The position numbers and the translations under genes are program-made. The notes beneath the pieces are model-generated. The model was not told where the DNA came from. It did not search any database and worked only from the letters and a program-made list of their open reading frames with translations. From contig OY969763.1 of the NCBI GenBank assembly GCA_963702845.1, positions 1,312,001 to 1,376,000 of the forward strand: 64,000 bases of DNA. The letters run 5' to 3'. Shown in pieces: positions 48,930-58,152 of this stretch. The DNA is from an uncultured Verrucomicrobiae bacterium. GTDB taxonomy: Bacteria > Verrucomicrobiota > Verrucomicrobiia > Limisphaerales > Palsa-1400. Positions within the stretch are counted from its first letter, which is position 1, and the number at the start of each line of letters is the position of its first letter.

Positions 48930-50113
48930 TGGGTTTGAGTGTCGAGCCAACGTTGGAAGGCTTCGGGGCCGAGAATTTTTTCGAGTGATTTTTGTTGTTC
49001 CACCTGTGCGGCGCCCAGCGCTTCAACTTTTTCTTCGGTCGTCATCGTGTCGTCAGAGCGAATGCGATCGAGTTCACTTTGTGTCAAACGATTGATTTGG
49101 TAAATCGGAATAATTGACTCAGCCGGGACACCGAGGCGTTCGGCGGTGGCTTTGGAAGTGCGGAAGACGGGGTCCTGATTCAGTTCGTAGACGGCGAAGC
49201 GTTCGTCGCCGAGGGCGCGGCGCATGATTTCGTCACGCTGGGCTTCGAGCTGGGCGCGGTGCTGGAGGCGAGTGGCATCGTCACCGGTGTAATTAAGGTC
49301 GGGGTCGGTTTGGATTTGATCGCGCTGTTTGTAGAGCGCGCGGAATTCGTCGGGGTTGAGATCCATGCCATGGAGTTCGTCACGGAGCTGGTTGGCGGTT
49401 GAGGAATAGCGCAGTTGGTATTCTTCGAGCTGTTGTTGGTTGAGAACCTTGGCGAGTTCGTCACGGAGTTCCTGGCGGATTTTTGCAATCTCGCGCGGAT
49501 CAATTGGTTTGTCGGCCTGACGTTGTGCGTCCTGGTAAGCGTCGATGCGTTGCTGGGCGCGAACGGCAGCGTCGTAGACGAATTGTTTGGTGGCAGGAGC
49601 GAGGTCGCCAAGAATTGGACCGGCCAGGCTGACGCCAGTGCGAGCGGGCGGGAGCGCGTTGCTTTCGGTATCCCAGCCGGGGCCGAGAAGTTTGGTGAGC
49701 AGGTTTTTTCGTTCCGTCTCGAGTTCTTTGACTTTGGCGGCGGCTTTGTTGATGAGTTCAGGATCAGGGTCGGAACGCCACCATTGTTGCTCGGGCGCGA
49801 CGACTTCGGTGACGCGACGATGGGAGTAGAGTTGGTTGACGTCGGCGACGATGATGTCGCGAATGGTTTTTTCCGGGCAGCCGATGGAACGAAGATTTTT
49901 GATGTAGGTGACGTAGTCGATGGATTCGACTTCTTCCCAGGTGAAATTTTGGCGACGGACGACGACGTTGGTGCGGTAGCGCGTTTCGCCGATACCAGCG
50001 ACCTCAGGTGCGGAGGCGCCTGGCGTACCCGAGTTGTGCCGTGCAACGAGCCATGCCCCGAGCAGGAGCACGTTCAGGCCCAACGAAATAATGAACCAAG
50101 AGCGCGACCGCAT
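48926..50113 (-). CDS. Membrane-anchored helical hypothetical protein
   Basis: N-terminal TM; YIKNLRSIGCPEKTIRDII; repeated xxLGxxxF helices. Confidence 0.8.
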   Translation of the reverse strand: MRSRSWFIISLGLNVLLLGAWLVARHNSGTPGASAPEVAGIGETRYRTNVVVRRQNFTWEEVESIDYVTYIKNLRSIGCPEKTIRDIIVADVNQLYSHRRVTEVVAPEQQWWRSDPDPELINKAAAKVKELETERKNLLTKLLGPGWDTESNALPPARTGVSLAGPILGDLAPATKQFVYDAAVRAQQRIDAYQDAQRQADKPIDPREIAKIRQELRDELAKVLNQQQLEEYQLRYSSTANQLRDELHGMDLNPDEFRALYKQRDQIQTDPDLNYTGDDATRLQHRAQLEAQRDEIMRRALGDERFAVYELNQDPVFRTSKATAERLGVPAESIIPIYQINRLTQSELDRIRSDDTMTTEEKVEALGAAQVEQQKSLEKILGPEAFQRWLDTQTQ

Positions 50114-50212
50114 GAGTTATGTTTCGCCGAAAGAGGGGGCGGTTGCAATCCGTTTCGGCGGTTGGTTACCGAATCGATCAAGAATGGAACGGCACGCGCG
50201 GAGCGACGCGAC

Positions 50213-51379
50213 CTACCTTTGGAGCAATTCCATGTAAGCGGTGGAGGCTTTGTCCCAGGAAAATTGCGAGGCGTGCGAAATGATTTTGTCTTCTTCCACG
50301 GGTTGATTGAGGATATTTGCGACAGTTGCCGCGAAGTTTTTTGGAGTTGGGGCGTCGGCCAAAGCACCAAAGGCCGGTTCGTTCACGACTTCGCTAATTC
50401 CGCCGACGTTCGTGGAAACGACGCGCAGGCCGCAGGCGAAGGCTTCAAGGATGACGTTGGGCAATCCTTCGTTGTGACTGGACATGCAAAGCAAATCGGC
50501 GGCTTGCATGTAACGAGCGACTTCGGCGGGCGATTTGCGGCCGGGCATCACGACATTTGAGCCTATGCCGAGTGCTTCAGCCTGGCGGCGCATTTCGGTT
50601 TCGAGCGGACCGCTGCCCAGGAATATAAGGTTGTAGGTGCGGTTAGGGTGAAGACGGCAGAGTTCGGCATGGGCCGCAATCAGCAATTTTGGATTTTTGA
50701 TCGGCAGGAAATTGCCGACGAAAAGAAGGACGGTTGCTGATTGGTTGAGCTTGAGTTCGCGTCGGGCTGCGGTTTTGTCGCTGGGATGGAAAATGCGAAA
50801 GTCGACGCCGTTGTAGATGACTTTTAGTTTCTGTTTATCGAAACCGGCGTCAGCAAGCATCGTGGACAATTGCGCGCTACGAGTGATGATCGATTCGGCG
50901 CTGGGCAGATATTTTTGGATGATGCGCCGGCGCGTGGGCATGCGGAGGTATTGATGGATGTCGGAGCCCTGGGCGATGGCGATGAATTTGAAATTTTGTT
51001 CGACGGCGATTTTGGCGACGGCGCAAGCGTCGGGATAAATCCACGAGCAGAGGACAATGTCGAAAGGGAATGATTGGCGCACGCGCGCGATTTCGTTGCG
51101 TATTCCGCGCGCCATCAAGAGATGATTGAAGGGGCCGCCGATTTTCGGGAGGTAACTGACCGTTGGGTAAAACGGCGCAAACGGTTTGTCGTCCATGCAC
51201 GCTACCGGTTGACGTGTGCGGCTTTTGAAGGGCAGGGTGGGACGTGGCGCGATGACGCGAATGTCGCAGTCGCGCGCAAGGAGGCGCAGGAGAACGGCAT
51301 TGTCAGAGCCGCGATTTGGATTTTCGGCGTCGGGGAAGAGATTCGAAACGAACAGGACTTTTAGTTTCTGTCCGTTCAC
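50213..51379 (-). CDS. GT4 glycosyltransferase
   Basis: LFVGNFLPIKN, EGLPNVILEAFACG; start reassigned to GTG overlapping the upstream stop. Confidence 0.92.
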   Translation of the reverse strand: MNGQKLKVLFVSNLFPDAENPNRGSDNAVLLRLLARDCDIRVIAPRPTLPFKSRTRQPVACMDDKPFAPFYPTVSYLPKIGGPFNHLLMARGIRNEIARVRQSFPFDIVLCSWIYPDACAVAKIAVEQNFKFIAIAQGSDIHQYLRMPTRRRIIQKYLPSAESIITRSAQLSTMLADAGFDKQKLKVIYNGVDFRIFHPSDKTAARRELKLNQSATVLLFVGNFLPIKNPKLLIAAHAELCRLHPNRTYNLIFLGSGPLETEMRRQAEALGIGSNVVMPGRKSPAEVARYMQAADLLCMSSHNEGLPNVILEAFACGLRVVSTNVGGISEVVNEPAFGALADAPTPKNFAATVANILNQPVEEDKIISHASQFSWDKASTAYMELLQR

Positions 51380-52479
51380 GACACACCTCGCGTGTAGAGG
51401 TAGTTGCGGAACTGCCCAGCGTTGCCGGTGTGACCATCTTCCGCGGCATGAACGATGTTGACCATCTCGCGCGCGGTGACGAAGTGGAGGCGGTAATTTT
51501 TCCCGTCGTTGTAAGTGGTGAGAAGGTGTTGGTAAAAATCGGCCATCGGTTTTTCGAGCAGGGTGGCCATATTCCGAGGAATGCCGGCGTGGGTGTAGAG
51601 CTTGATGAAAATCCAATTCGGCTGTTGTTCGACATGGATGTTCAAGCCGCGCCAGATGTTCATTCGGTCCGGACGGGGAGGGTTCGCGCCGGTGAGATCA
51701 CCGTTTTCAATGCGCGGCAATAAACCGAATTTGCGACGTTGCCAATTCAGAGCGAGTGGGCCCTGGACCATTAGTAAATGGTCAATGGAGTCGCGGAGCG
51801 ATTTGGCATTTGCCGGCAGGACACGTGTGCGAGTGCCGCGGTCGTGTGATTTTGGTGCGGGTGTGTCTTGTGCGTAATAGATGCTGTTGATGGCGTGCGT
51901 CTGCGTGGCGTCGGGAGCGGAGGGCATGGTGAAGTCGGCGTAGCAGCCGGCTTTGCGCAAGACACCGAGTTCATCGGAGACGCCACAGTGCTTGCCTTGC
52001 GGATGGGAATTGTCCAACGCCCAATCGCCGTGAATGAAGCCAAAGCGCAGTTGACCGGTTTTGTCGCGCGCGAGAAATTTGTGCGCGGAAAAAAGTTCTT
52101 TGGCTCGTTCTAAAATTTCGCGGAGCGTTTCGGCGGTGTCGTTTTCGTGATGGAGATGAAATTCGAGTTCGCCTCCGCACATCTCGCAGAGTTCGGAGAG
52201 TTCATTGGCGATGTCGCGGTCGTATTGTTCAACCGGATAGAAGAACGAGTGCTTCGGATGACAACCATCAGTATCACGAAAGTTTTCGATCAACTTCGGC
52301 CATTTTGCCTTCCACGTTTCGAGGCGACGCAATGCTTCGGGTTTGTCTGCGTGATGCAATGGTTCGAAGTGATCGCACACGGCGAACATGATGTCCACGA
52401 CTCCATCGACGCGCGCGGAGCGACGCGCCCTACCATCGAGCAGGTATTGCGGGAGCCAATGTGTGAGTCCTCGAAACAT
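51376..52479 (-). CDS. Conserved hypothetical protein, possible metal-dependent carbohydrate esterase
   Basis: CDHFEP, EFHLHH, FIHGDWALDNS, KLYTHA; inside a polysaccharide operon. Confidence 0.75.
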   Translation of the reverse strand: MFRGLTHWLPQYLLDGRARRSARVDGVVDIMFAVCDHFEPLHHADKPEALRRLETWKAKWPKLIENFRDTDGCHPKHSFFYPVEQYDRDIANELSELCEMCGGELEFHLHHENDTAETLREILERAKELFSAHKFLARDKTGQLRFGFIHGDWALDNSHPQGKHCGVSDELGVLRKAGCYADFTMPSAPDATQTHAINSIYYAQDTPAPKSHDRGTRTRVLPANAKSLRDSIDHLLMVQGPLALNWQRRKFGLLPRIENGDLTGANPPRPDRMNIWRGLNIHVEQQPNWIFIKLYTHAGIPRNMATLLEKPMADFYQHLLTTYNDGKNYRLHFVTAREMVNIVHAAEDGHTGNAGQFRNYLYTRGVS

Positions 52480-52481
52480 GG

Positions 52482-53429
52482 CTAGGCTGTGGGACGATGG
52501 AGACGCCAGGCCAGCAGATCGGGTTCGGTGGCGGCGGAGACGCGCGGGAGGCAGTGCGGGTCGTCGCCGTTTACGACTGCTTTGGCTTTTACGGCGATTG
52601 CACCGGTGTAGGTTTTGCGAACGGCTGCGACGGTTTTGTCGTCGTAGTTGCCGTTCGGATAGCAGAAGTATTCGACCGGGCGCTGCAAACGTTCTTCGAG
52701 AAGGCGGCGGCTGCCAACGATTTCGTTATCGATTTCGTCTTCAGAAATCATCGAGAGAATCGGATGGTTCATCGAATGACTGCCGATCGTGATCAGGCGC
52801 GGATTGAGGCTGGTTAATTCTTCCCAGGTCATCAAATCAAATTGTTCGTGCTGCAATGGAGTGGGAACAAATTTCTTTGTGCGTTCGCGAATGCGCTGTT
52901 GAATTTCCAACCGTTGTTTGTTCGGAATTGTTTTCATCCAGTCAACGATCCCGGGACAATCTGAGGCGGGGGCTTGCAGTTCGCCAGCGAAGACGTAGCA
53001 GTCGACGTCGGTCAAGGATAAGAGGCGTTCGCGCGCGTCGTGCGTCCAAATCCATTCGTTGCGTTCGACAGCGCCGGGGACGACAAAAAACGTGGCGGGT
53101 GTTTCGACGCGTTGGAGAATCGGATACAGGACGGTGAGATTGTTGCGCAGGCCGTCGTCGAACGTGAGCGCAACCTCGCGGCCGGTGCCGGGGTCGCCTG
53201 TCAGCACATTTTTTATGATAGTTGAAAGGGGAACAACTTTGAATTTGCGCCGTAGAAAGCGCAGGCCGGCGACGAATGTTTGAGTCGGGAACTCGTTCGT
53301 GCCAACGCCGTGATACATCAGGATGCGCATGCCGCCCTGACGACGAGCTATGATGGCCGAAATGCCGGTCGCAAAACCCACCCGATGCAGGTGAGGGCTG
53401 AGGCGGCGTTTCAGTGACATGGCGGACAT
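52482..53429 (-). CDS. Polysaccharide deacetylase (CE4/NodB)
   Basis: LMYH, LTFDDG, GSHSMNHP, FCYPNG. Confidence 0.92.
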   Translation of the reverse strand: MSAMSLKRRLSPHLHRVGFATGISAIIARRQGGMRILMYHGVGTNEFPTQTFVAGLRFLRRKFKVVPLSTIIKNVLTGDPGTGREVALTFDDGLRNNLTVLYPILQRVETPATFFVVPGAVERNEWIWTHDARERLLSLTDVDCYVFAGELQAPASDCPGIVDWMKTIPNKQRLEIQQRIRERTKKFVPTPLQHEQFDLMTWEELTSLNPRLITIGSHSMNHPILSMISEDEIDNEIVGSRRLLEERLQRPVEYFCYPNGNYDDKTVAAVRKTYTGAIAVKAKAVVNGDDPHCLPRVSAATEPDLLAWRLHRPTA

Positions 53430-53460
53430 CTTTGGGAGGCGGTTCGGGATGTCAAAACTT

Positions 53461-54597
53461 TTACCATTTGCCCTCGCGATAGGTGCCTCGGAGATAGTTC
53501 CAGAAGCCGCCGACGGTCATGAGGTTGAGAAAGAAAAAACCGGTGGGAATGGATATGACGCGCAGGTTGAGCGATTGAAAAACGAGGCCGATGCAGGCCA
53601 GTCCGTAAAAAGTAATTTGGCAAGCGAAGATCGCGCGATACACGGGCGACGAGGCGAGGAAGGCGTTGGAGACGAAAAGCGTTGCGAGAAACAAGGGCGC
53701 AAAGATGCGCAGGTACTTGTGTGAGATGAGTTGCCACCAGAGGCGATGTTTCCACGGCAAGAGCCAGTGGGGGAAACGAAACAGCATCTGAAAGTTGCCG
53801 GCGAGTGTCCGCTTTTTGCGGCGGTTTTCGCGCGAGGCTTCGATGTTCATGGGGTCGAGGGAAATGGCGTCGTCATCGAATCCGATTCGATAACCTTGCT
53901 CGGCAATGGTCATCGGAATGACGACGTCGTCGAGGAGGACGTCGCCGGGGAGAGGCCGGAATAGTTCGCGGCGGATGGCATAGATCGCACCGGTGCAGCC
54001 GATCGAGGAATCCCATTTTGCTTCGGCGTTACGGATGAATTTTTCGAGGCGCCAATAGGCATCGACGCCGCCGCCGACGGATGAGGCTGATTTTTCGATG
54101 GAGTAGTTTCCGGAAACAGCGCCGGTTTTTGGGTCAGCGAAATTGCGAACCAGATTTGGGATGGTGGCGCGATTGAATTTTTGGCGCGCGTCACAGAAGA
54201 CGATGATCTCACCTTTTGCGACCGCAACGGAGGCGTTGAGACCTTTGGCTTTGCCGGAGCGTTGGTTCGACAAAATGGCGTGAACGCGTTTGTCGAGGAA
54301 CGATTGGATGAGGTTTGAGGTGTCGTCGGTCGAACCGTCGGAGTAGACGATTAACTCAATCTTGTCAGCAGGGTGGTCGGTGGCGAAAATGTTTTCGATG
54401 CGCGACCGAATGCGTTGGGATTCGTTATAGGCAACGAGAACGACGGAGACGGTTTGTGCAGGCGTCCGGCTCGAGTGCGAGTCGTTGCGTTTGAGTCGTG
54501 CGAGAAGGCCGATAAAAATCGGATATCCGAGGAACGTGTAAAAAACCACCGCGAAGCTGCCCCAGAAAACACCGCTCAGGAACAGTGGCGAGTTCAT
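53461..54597 (-). CDS. GT2 glycosyltransferase
   Basis: AYNE, SDGSTD, FCDA, GAIYAIRR, DD. Confidence 0.92.
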   Translation of the reverse strand: MNSPLFLSGVFWGSFAVVFYTFLGYPIFIGLLARLKRNDSHSSRTPAQTVSVVLVAYNESQRIRSRIENIFATDHPADKIELIVYSDGSTDDTSNLIQSFLDKRVHAILSNQRSGKAKGLNASVAVAKGEIIVFCDARQKFNRATIPNLVRNFADPKTGAVSGNYSIEKSASSVGGGVDAYWRLEKFIRNAEAKWDSSIGCTGAIYAIRRELFRPLPGDVLLDDVVIPMTIAEQGYRIGFDDDAISLDPMNIEASRENRRKKRTLAGNFQMLFRFPHWLLPWKHRLWWQLISHKYLRIFAPLFLATLFVSNAFLASSPVYRAIFACQITFYGLACIGLVFQSLNLRVISIPTGFFFLNLMTVGGFWNYLRGTYREGKW

Positions 54598-54604
54598 GTC
54601 CTCT

Positions 54605-56065
54605 TTAGAAGTGCGTGATGATGTAGGCCCAGAGACGAATCGTGGCGTAGGTCATTGCAACGGTGAGCAACAGGTCAATCCACGTAATGCGATTCCATAC
54701 AGGTTTTTGCACTTCGGCTTCTTCCCTGGCTTCGACTGCGGATATGCGTGCGCCGGAGCCGGTCAAAGTTCCGGGCAGTGCGGCGGTGAGGCCGGTCATG
54801 GGAACGATTGTGGCGGCAAGGGTATAGGCAGGTTGCAATGGAGTCAGGCGCAGCGCGGGGTCCAGCTGCGATTCGCGTTTTCGCGCGGCAGCGACTTCTT
54901 TTGCTTCTTCGGTTTCTGGAGATTCCTGAGCGAGCAAGTGACGGTGGAACGCGGCGATGGCCGCAGCCATCAGGAAAAAGGTCGCACGCCAGGCCTGACC
55001 AACCATCCACGACGAAACTACATAACAGATCACCAGGACGAAGAGGAGACGACGGACACGTTCTTCGGCGACGGTAGTTGTTTTTGCCATGATGACGGTT
55101 CGCAAGCAGCAATAGATAATGCCGAGAAACAGAAACAGCCCGGGTTCGCCCTCTTCACCGCCGATGTGAACGTAAGAGCTGTGGGGTGATTTCTGGTAGT
55201 GATTTTGACTGATGAAGGCCGGGTCCCAGTTTCCATAACCGACGCCGGATGTTTCGGAGCGCATTTCGTTCAAGCCCCAGCCGAAGGCGGCGATACGGCC
55301 CTGAATACCTTGCTCGCCACTGTTCAACTGTTGCATACGCGGTAGGGCGTAAAGCGCGCCAAAGCCGACTGTGATGGCGAAGAATAGAATGCCCAGTTGA
55401 ATGGCTTTTGGACGCCCGAGCGTCAAGCAACTGACAATGGCCACGAACCCGGCAAGGTAGGCACCTTTCGATTGCGTGAGATAGATGCAATAGAGAGGCA
55501 AGAGCAGGAGTGGGAACAGAAGAATTTTCACTGCGACGGGACGCTTCCAAAAACAGAGGTAAAACAACATCACGACAACGGGCACGATGCTGTGACCGAG
55601 TCCGTTGGGATTATTGAAGATTGACGTATTCAGGACGAGACGACCTTTCATTGCGCCGTTAGTGAGGTCGAAGCTGTTCATGGGATCAAAGCCGTAGAGA
55701 GAGACCACGGCGAGTCCGGCGATGACAATCAGCATCACTGCCCAAAGCGTCAGGAACCATTGCAACCTGTCCAAACGGCAGAGTGCCTGCACGCTCATAA
55801 TGTAATATAGGAACACTGGATACACCTGGCCCCAGGTCCAATTTGGGCCGGTGGCGACGGTCCAAATGAGAAACGCGACCATGAACCAATCGTGCGGCGT
55901 CTTGACGAGGTCTTTGAGTTTGAAACCGCGTTCACGCATGAGCGTGGCGATAATTGCGAAAGCCATCGAGAACGCGACGAGTCGAAGCGAACGCGCAACA
56001 CTCAACCATTCCTGCAAACGCAGGTGGTAAAGCACGAGAAATAGCGCGATGGCCGCAAAATCCAT
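54605..56065 (-). CDS. O-antigen ligase/Wzy-family polymerase
   Basis: Polytopic; NPN, TQSKG, R...GVGYGN...PHSSY...GLF. Confidence 0.85.
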   Translation of the reverse strand: MDFAAIALFLVLYHLRLQEWLSVARSLRLVAFSMAFAIIATLMRERGFKLKDLVKTPHDWFMVAFLIWTVATGPNWTWGQVYPVFLYYIMSVQALCRLDRLQWFLTLWAVMLIVIAGLAVVSLYGFDPMNSFDLTNGAMKGRLVLNTSIFNNPNGLGHSIVPVVVMLFYLCFWKRPVAVKILLFPLLLLPLYCIYLTQSKGAYLAGFVAIVSCLTLGRPKAIQLGILFFAITVGFGALYALPRMQQLNSGEQGIQGRIAAFGWGLNEMRSETSGVGYGNWDPAFISQNHYQKSPHSSYVHIGGEEGEPGLFLFLGIIYCCLRTVIMAKTTTVAEERVRRLLFVLVICYVVSSWMVGQAWRATFFLMAAAIAAFHRHLLAQESPETEEAKEVAAARKRESQLDPALRLTPLQPAYTLAATIVPMTGLTAALPGTLTGSGARISAVEAREEAEVQKPVWNRITWIDLLLTVAMTYATIRLWAYIITHF

Positions 56066-56154
56066 ATCTTAAGCGCCAGATTTTAGCAGAGGCGATGCTG
56101 TGCCGAAATAAAAAACTCAGTGTTTTCCCTCATGCTGCCGGTTGCGGCGCAGGG

Positions 56155-56832
56155 CTAAGTGAGTTGGCCGTCCACCACCTGAAGGACGCGCGGCGCGCGG
56201 GCGGCAATGGTGGCGTCGTGGGTGGCCATGATGAGCGTTGCCTGGCGCTCGGTGCGAAGCGCGCAGAGAAGTTGGATAATTTCGTCGCCGGTGTGGGAAT
56301 CGAGATTGCCGGTTGGTTCGTCGGCGAGGACAAGGTCGGGTTCGTTGATCAAAGCGCGTGCGATGGCAACGCGTTGTTGTTCGCCACCGGAAAGTTCGTA
56401 GGGCCGATGCTCCATGCGTTGGCCAAGGCCGACGCGTTCGAGTAGATGGCGAGCGCGCGGGACGACGACGTCGATAGCTACGCGGGCCATGCGCGCGGGG
56501 AGCATGACGTTTTCGATGGCACTGAGCTCCGGGAGTAAGTGATAGGCCTGGAACACGAAACCGACGCGGCGATTGCGCAGCTGAGTCAATTTGTTGCTGG
56601 ATAGTTGGCGGAGATTTTGATTATCGAAAATTACGTCGCCCTCGTTCGGCAGGTCGAGTCCGCCGAGCAGGTGCAATAAAGTGCTCTTGCCGGCGCCGGA
56701 TGCGCCGCGAAGCGCAAGGAATTCGCCGCGTTGCACGGAAAGCGAAACGTCGCGCAGGACGTCGAGTTTTCGCGCGCCCATAATGTAGGTCTTGCAAACG
56801 TTTTGGGCGATGAGGATTGGGGCATCACTCAT
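56155..56832 (-). CDS. lolD: Lipoprotein-releasing ABC ATPase
   Basis: GASGAGKS, LSGGEQQR, ADEPTGNLD; coupled to a lolC/E-like gene. Confidence 0.85.
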   Translation of the reverse strand: MSDAPILIAQNVCKTYIMGARKLDVLRDVSLSVQRGEFLALRGASGAGKSTLLHLLGGLDLPNEGDVIFDNQNLRQLSSNKLTQLRNRRVGFVFQAYHLLPELSAIENVMLPARMARVAIDVVVPRARHLLERVGLGQRMEHRPYELSGGEQQRVAIARALINEPDLVLADEPTGNLDSHTGDEIIQLLCALRTERQATLIMATHDATIAARAPRVLQVVDGQLT

Positions 56833-58102
56833 AGCGCAACGCCTCCACCGGTTGCAGACGACTGGCTTTCCACGCGGGGAACAGGCCGGCCAGAATGCAG
56901 GCCAGAAATGCAGTGCCGCAGATCACGGCAATGTCGAACGGTTCGACGGAAGCGGGCAGTTCGTAAACTTGGTAAATCGATGCCGGAAGCAAAGGCATGT
57001 TGGTGATGTGACGCATGAATTGCAGGAATTCATTGCGGTAATGCACTGCAATGAGCGCGAGTCCAAGGCCGAGCCCAACCCCGAGCACGCCAACGACAAC
57101 GCTTTGGCTCAGGAAAATCCACAGAACCTGACGGCTGCCGGCACCCAGTGCTTTTAAAATTCCTATCTCGCGGGTTTTTTGAACAACGAAGGTAATTTGG
57201 CAATTCACGATGCCGAACGCGGCGACGATCATGATGAAGAATAGCAGGAAGAACATCATGTTTTTTTCGACGGCGAGCGCACTGAAGATTTCAGGGTTCA
57301 ATTGTTTCCAGGTGCGAACCGATAAATCGCCGCCCAATGTTTTGTAGAGACGTTGCGCGACAGCTTCGGCGGCGAACGGGTCTTTGAGTTTAACTTGCAG
57401 GCCGTGGACAGAGCCTTCTTCGAGGCCGAGGAGTTCCTGCGCGTTATCAATTGAGGTGACGACGATCTGACTGTTGAAATCAGCGAAGCCGACATCGAAA
57501 ATCCCCCGGATGACGTATTCTTCCGGAACATAGCCTTCGGCGGGCGCATTTGTTTTATTGGCCGAGGCGTATTTTTCCAATGCTTTTGGTCCGGACACGG
57601 CGATTCGGTCACCGATTTCAAGGCCCATGCCTTCGGCAAAATCTCTGCCGATGACAACGCCGTTGCCGGTGAGATCGAGCTCGCCGCGGACGATGCTGGT
57701 AGGCAGGACGCTGACGCTGCCTTGCTGTTTCGGGTCGATGCCGAGGACCATCGGGACGTCGAAACGGGGGGAGCCGGAGGAGGGCTGTGTTTTTACCAGG
57801 ACTTTGCTGGCGATAAATGGAGCGACGCCGACTACTTCCGGATCTTTTTTGATCTGTTCGGTGAGCGTGTCGTAATTCGTCATGATTCCGCTGGCGGGAA
57901 GGACTTTCAAATGCGCGTTGAAACCGAGAATGCGATTGCGCCATTCCTGGTCAAAGCCGCTCATGACGCTGATGACAACGATCAACACCGCCACGCCGAC
58001 GAGCACTCCGAGAACGGAGATAATTGTGATAATCGAAACGAATGTGCGGCGTGGTCGCAGATAGCGAAACGCGAGCATTGCTTCGAATGGGAGCCTTGAC
58101 AT
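56825..58102 (-). CDS. lolC: Lipoprotein-releasing ABC permease LolC/E family
   Basis: VISVMSGF, EKNMMF, KTREIGILKALGA, PAWKASRLQPVEALRYE. Confidence 0.88.
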   Translation of the reverse strand: MSRLPFEAMLAFRYLRPRRTFVSIITIISVLGVLVGVAVLIVVISVMSGFDQEWRNRILGFNAHLKVLPASGIMTNYDTLTEQIKKDPEVVGVAPFIASKVLVKTQPSSGSPRFDVPMVLGIDPKQQGSVSVLPTSIVRGELDLTGNGVVIGRDFAEGMGLEIGDRIAVSGPKALEKYASANKTNAPAEGYVPEEYVIRGIFDVGFADFNSQIVVTSIDNAQELLGLEEGSVHGLQVKLKDPFAAEAVAQRLYKTLGGDLSVRTWKQLNPEIFSALAVEKNMMFFLLFFIMIVAAFGIVNCQITFVVQKTREIGILKALGAGSRQVLWIFLSQSVVVGVLGVGLGLGLALIAVHYRNEFLQFMRHITNMPLLPASIYQVYELPASVEPFDIAVICGTAFLACILAGLFPAWKASRLQPVEALRYE

Positions 58103-58152
58103 CTCGCTGGCAGGTTAGAACTCGCCAAGTTGACTGTCAACGTCGCGACACC

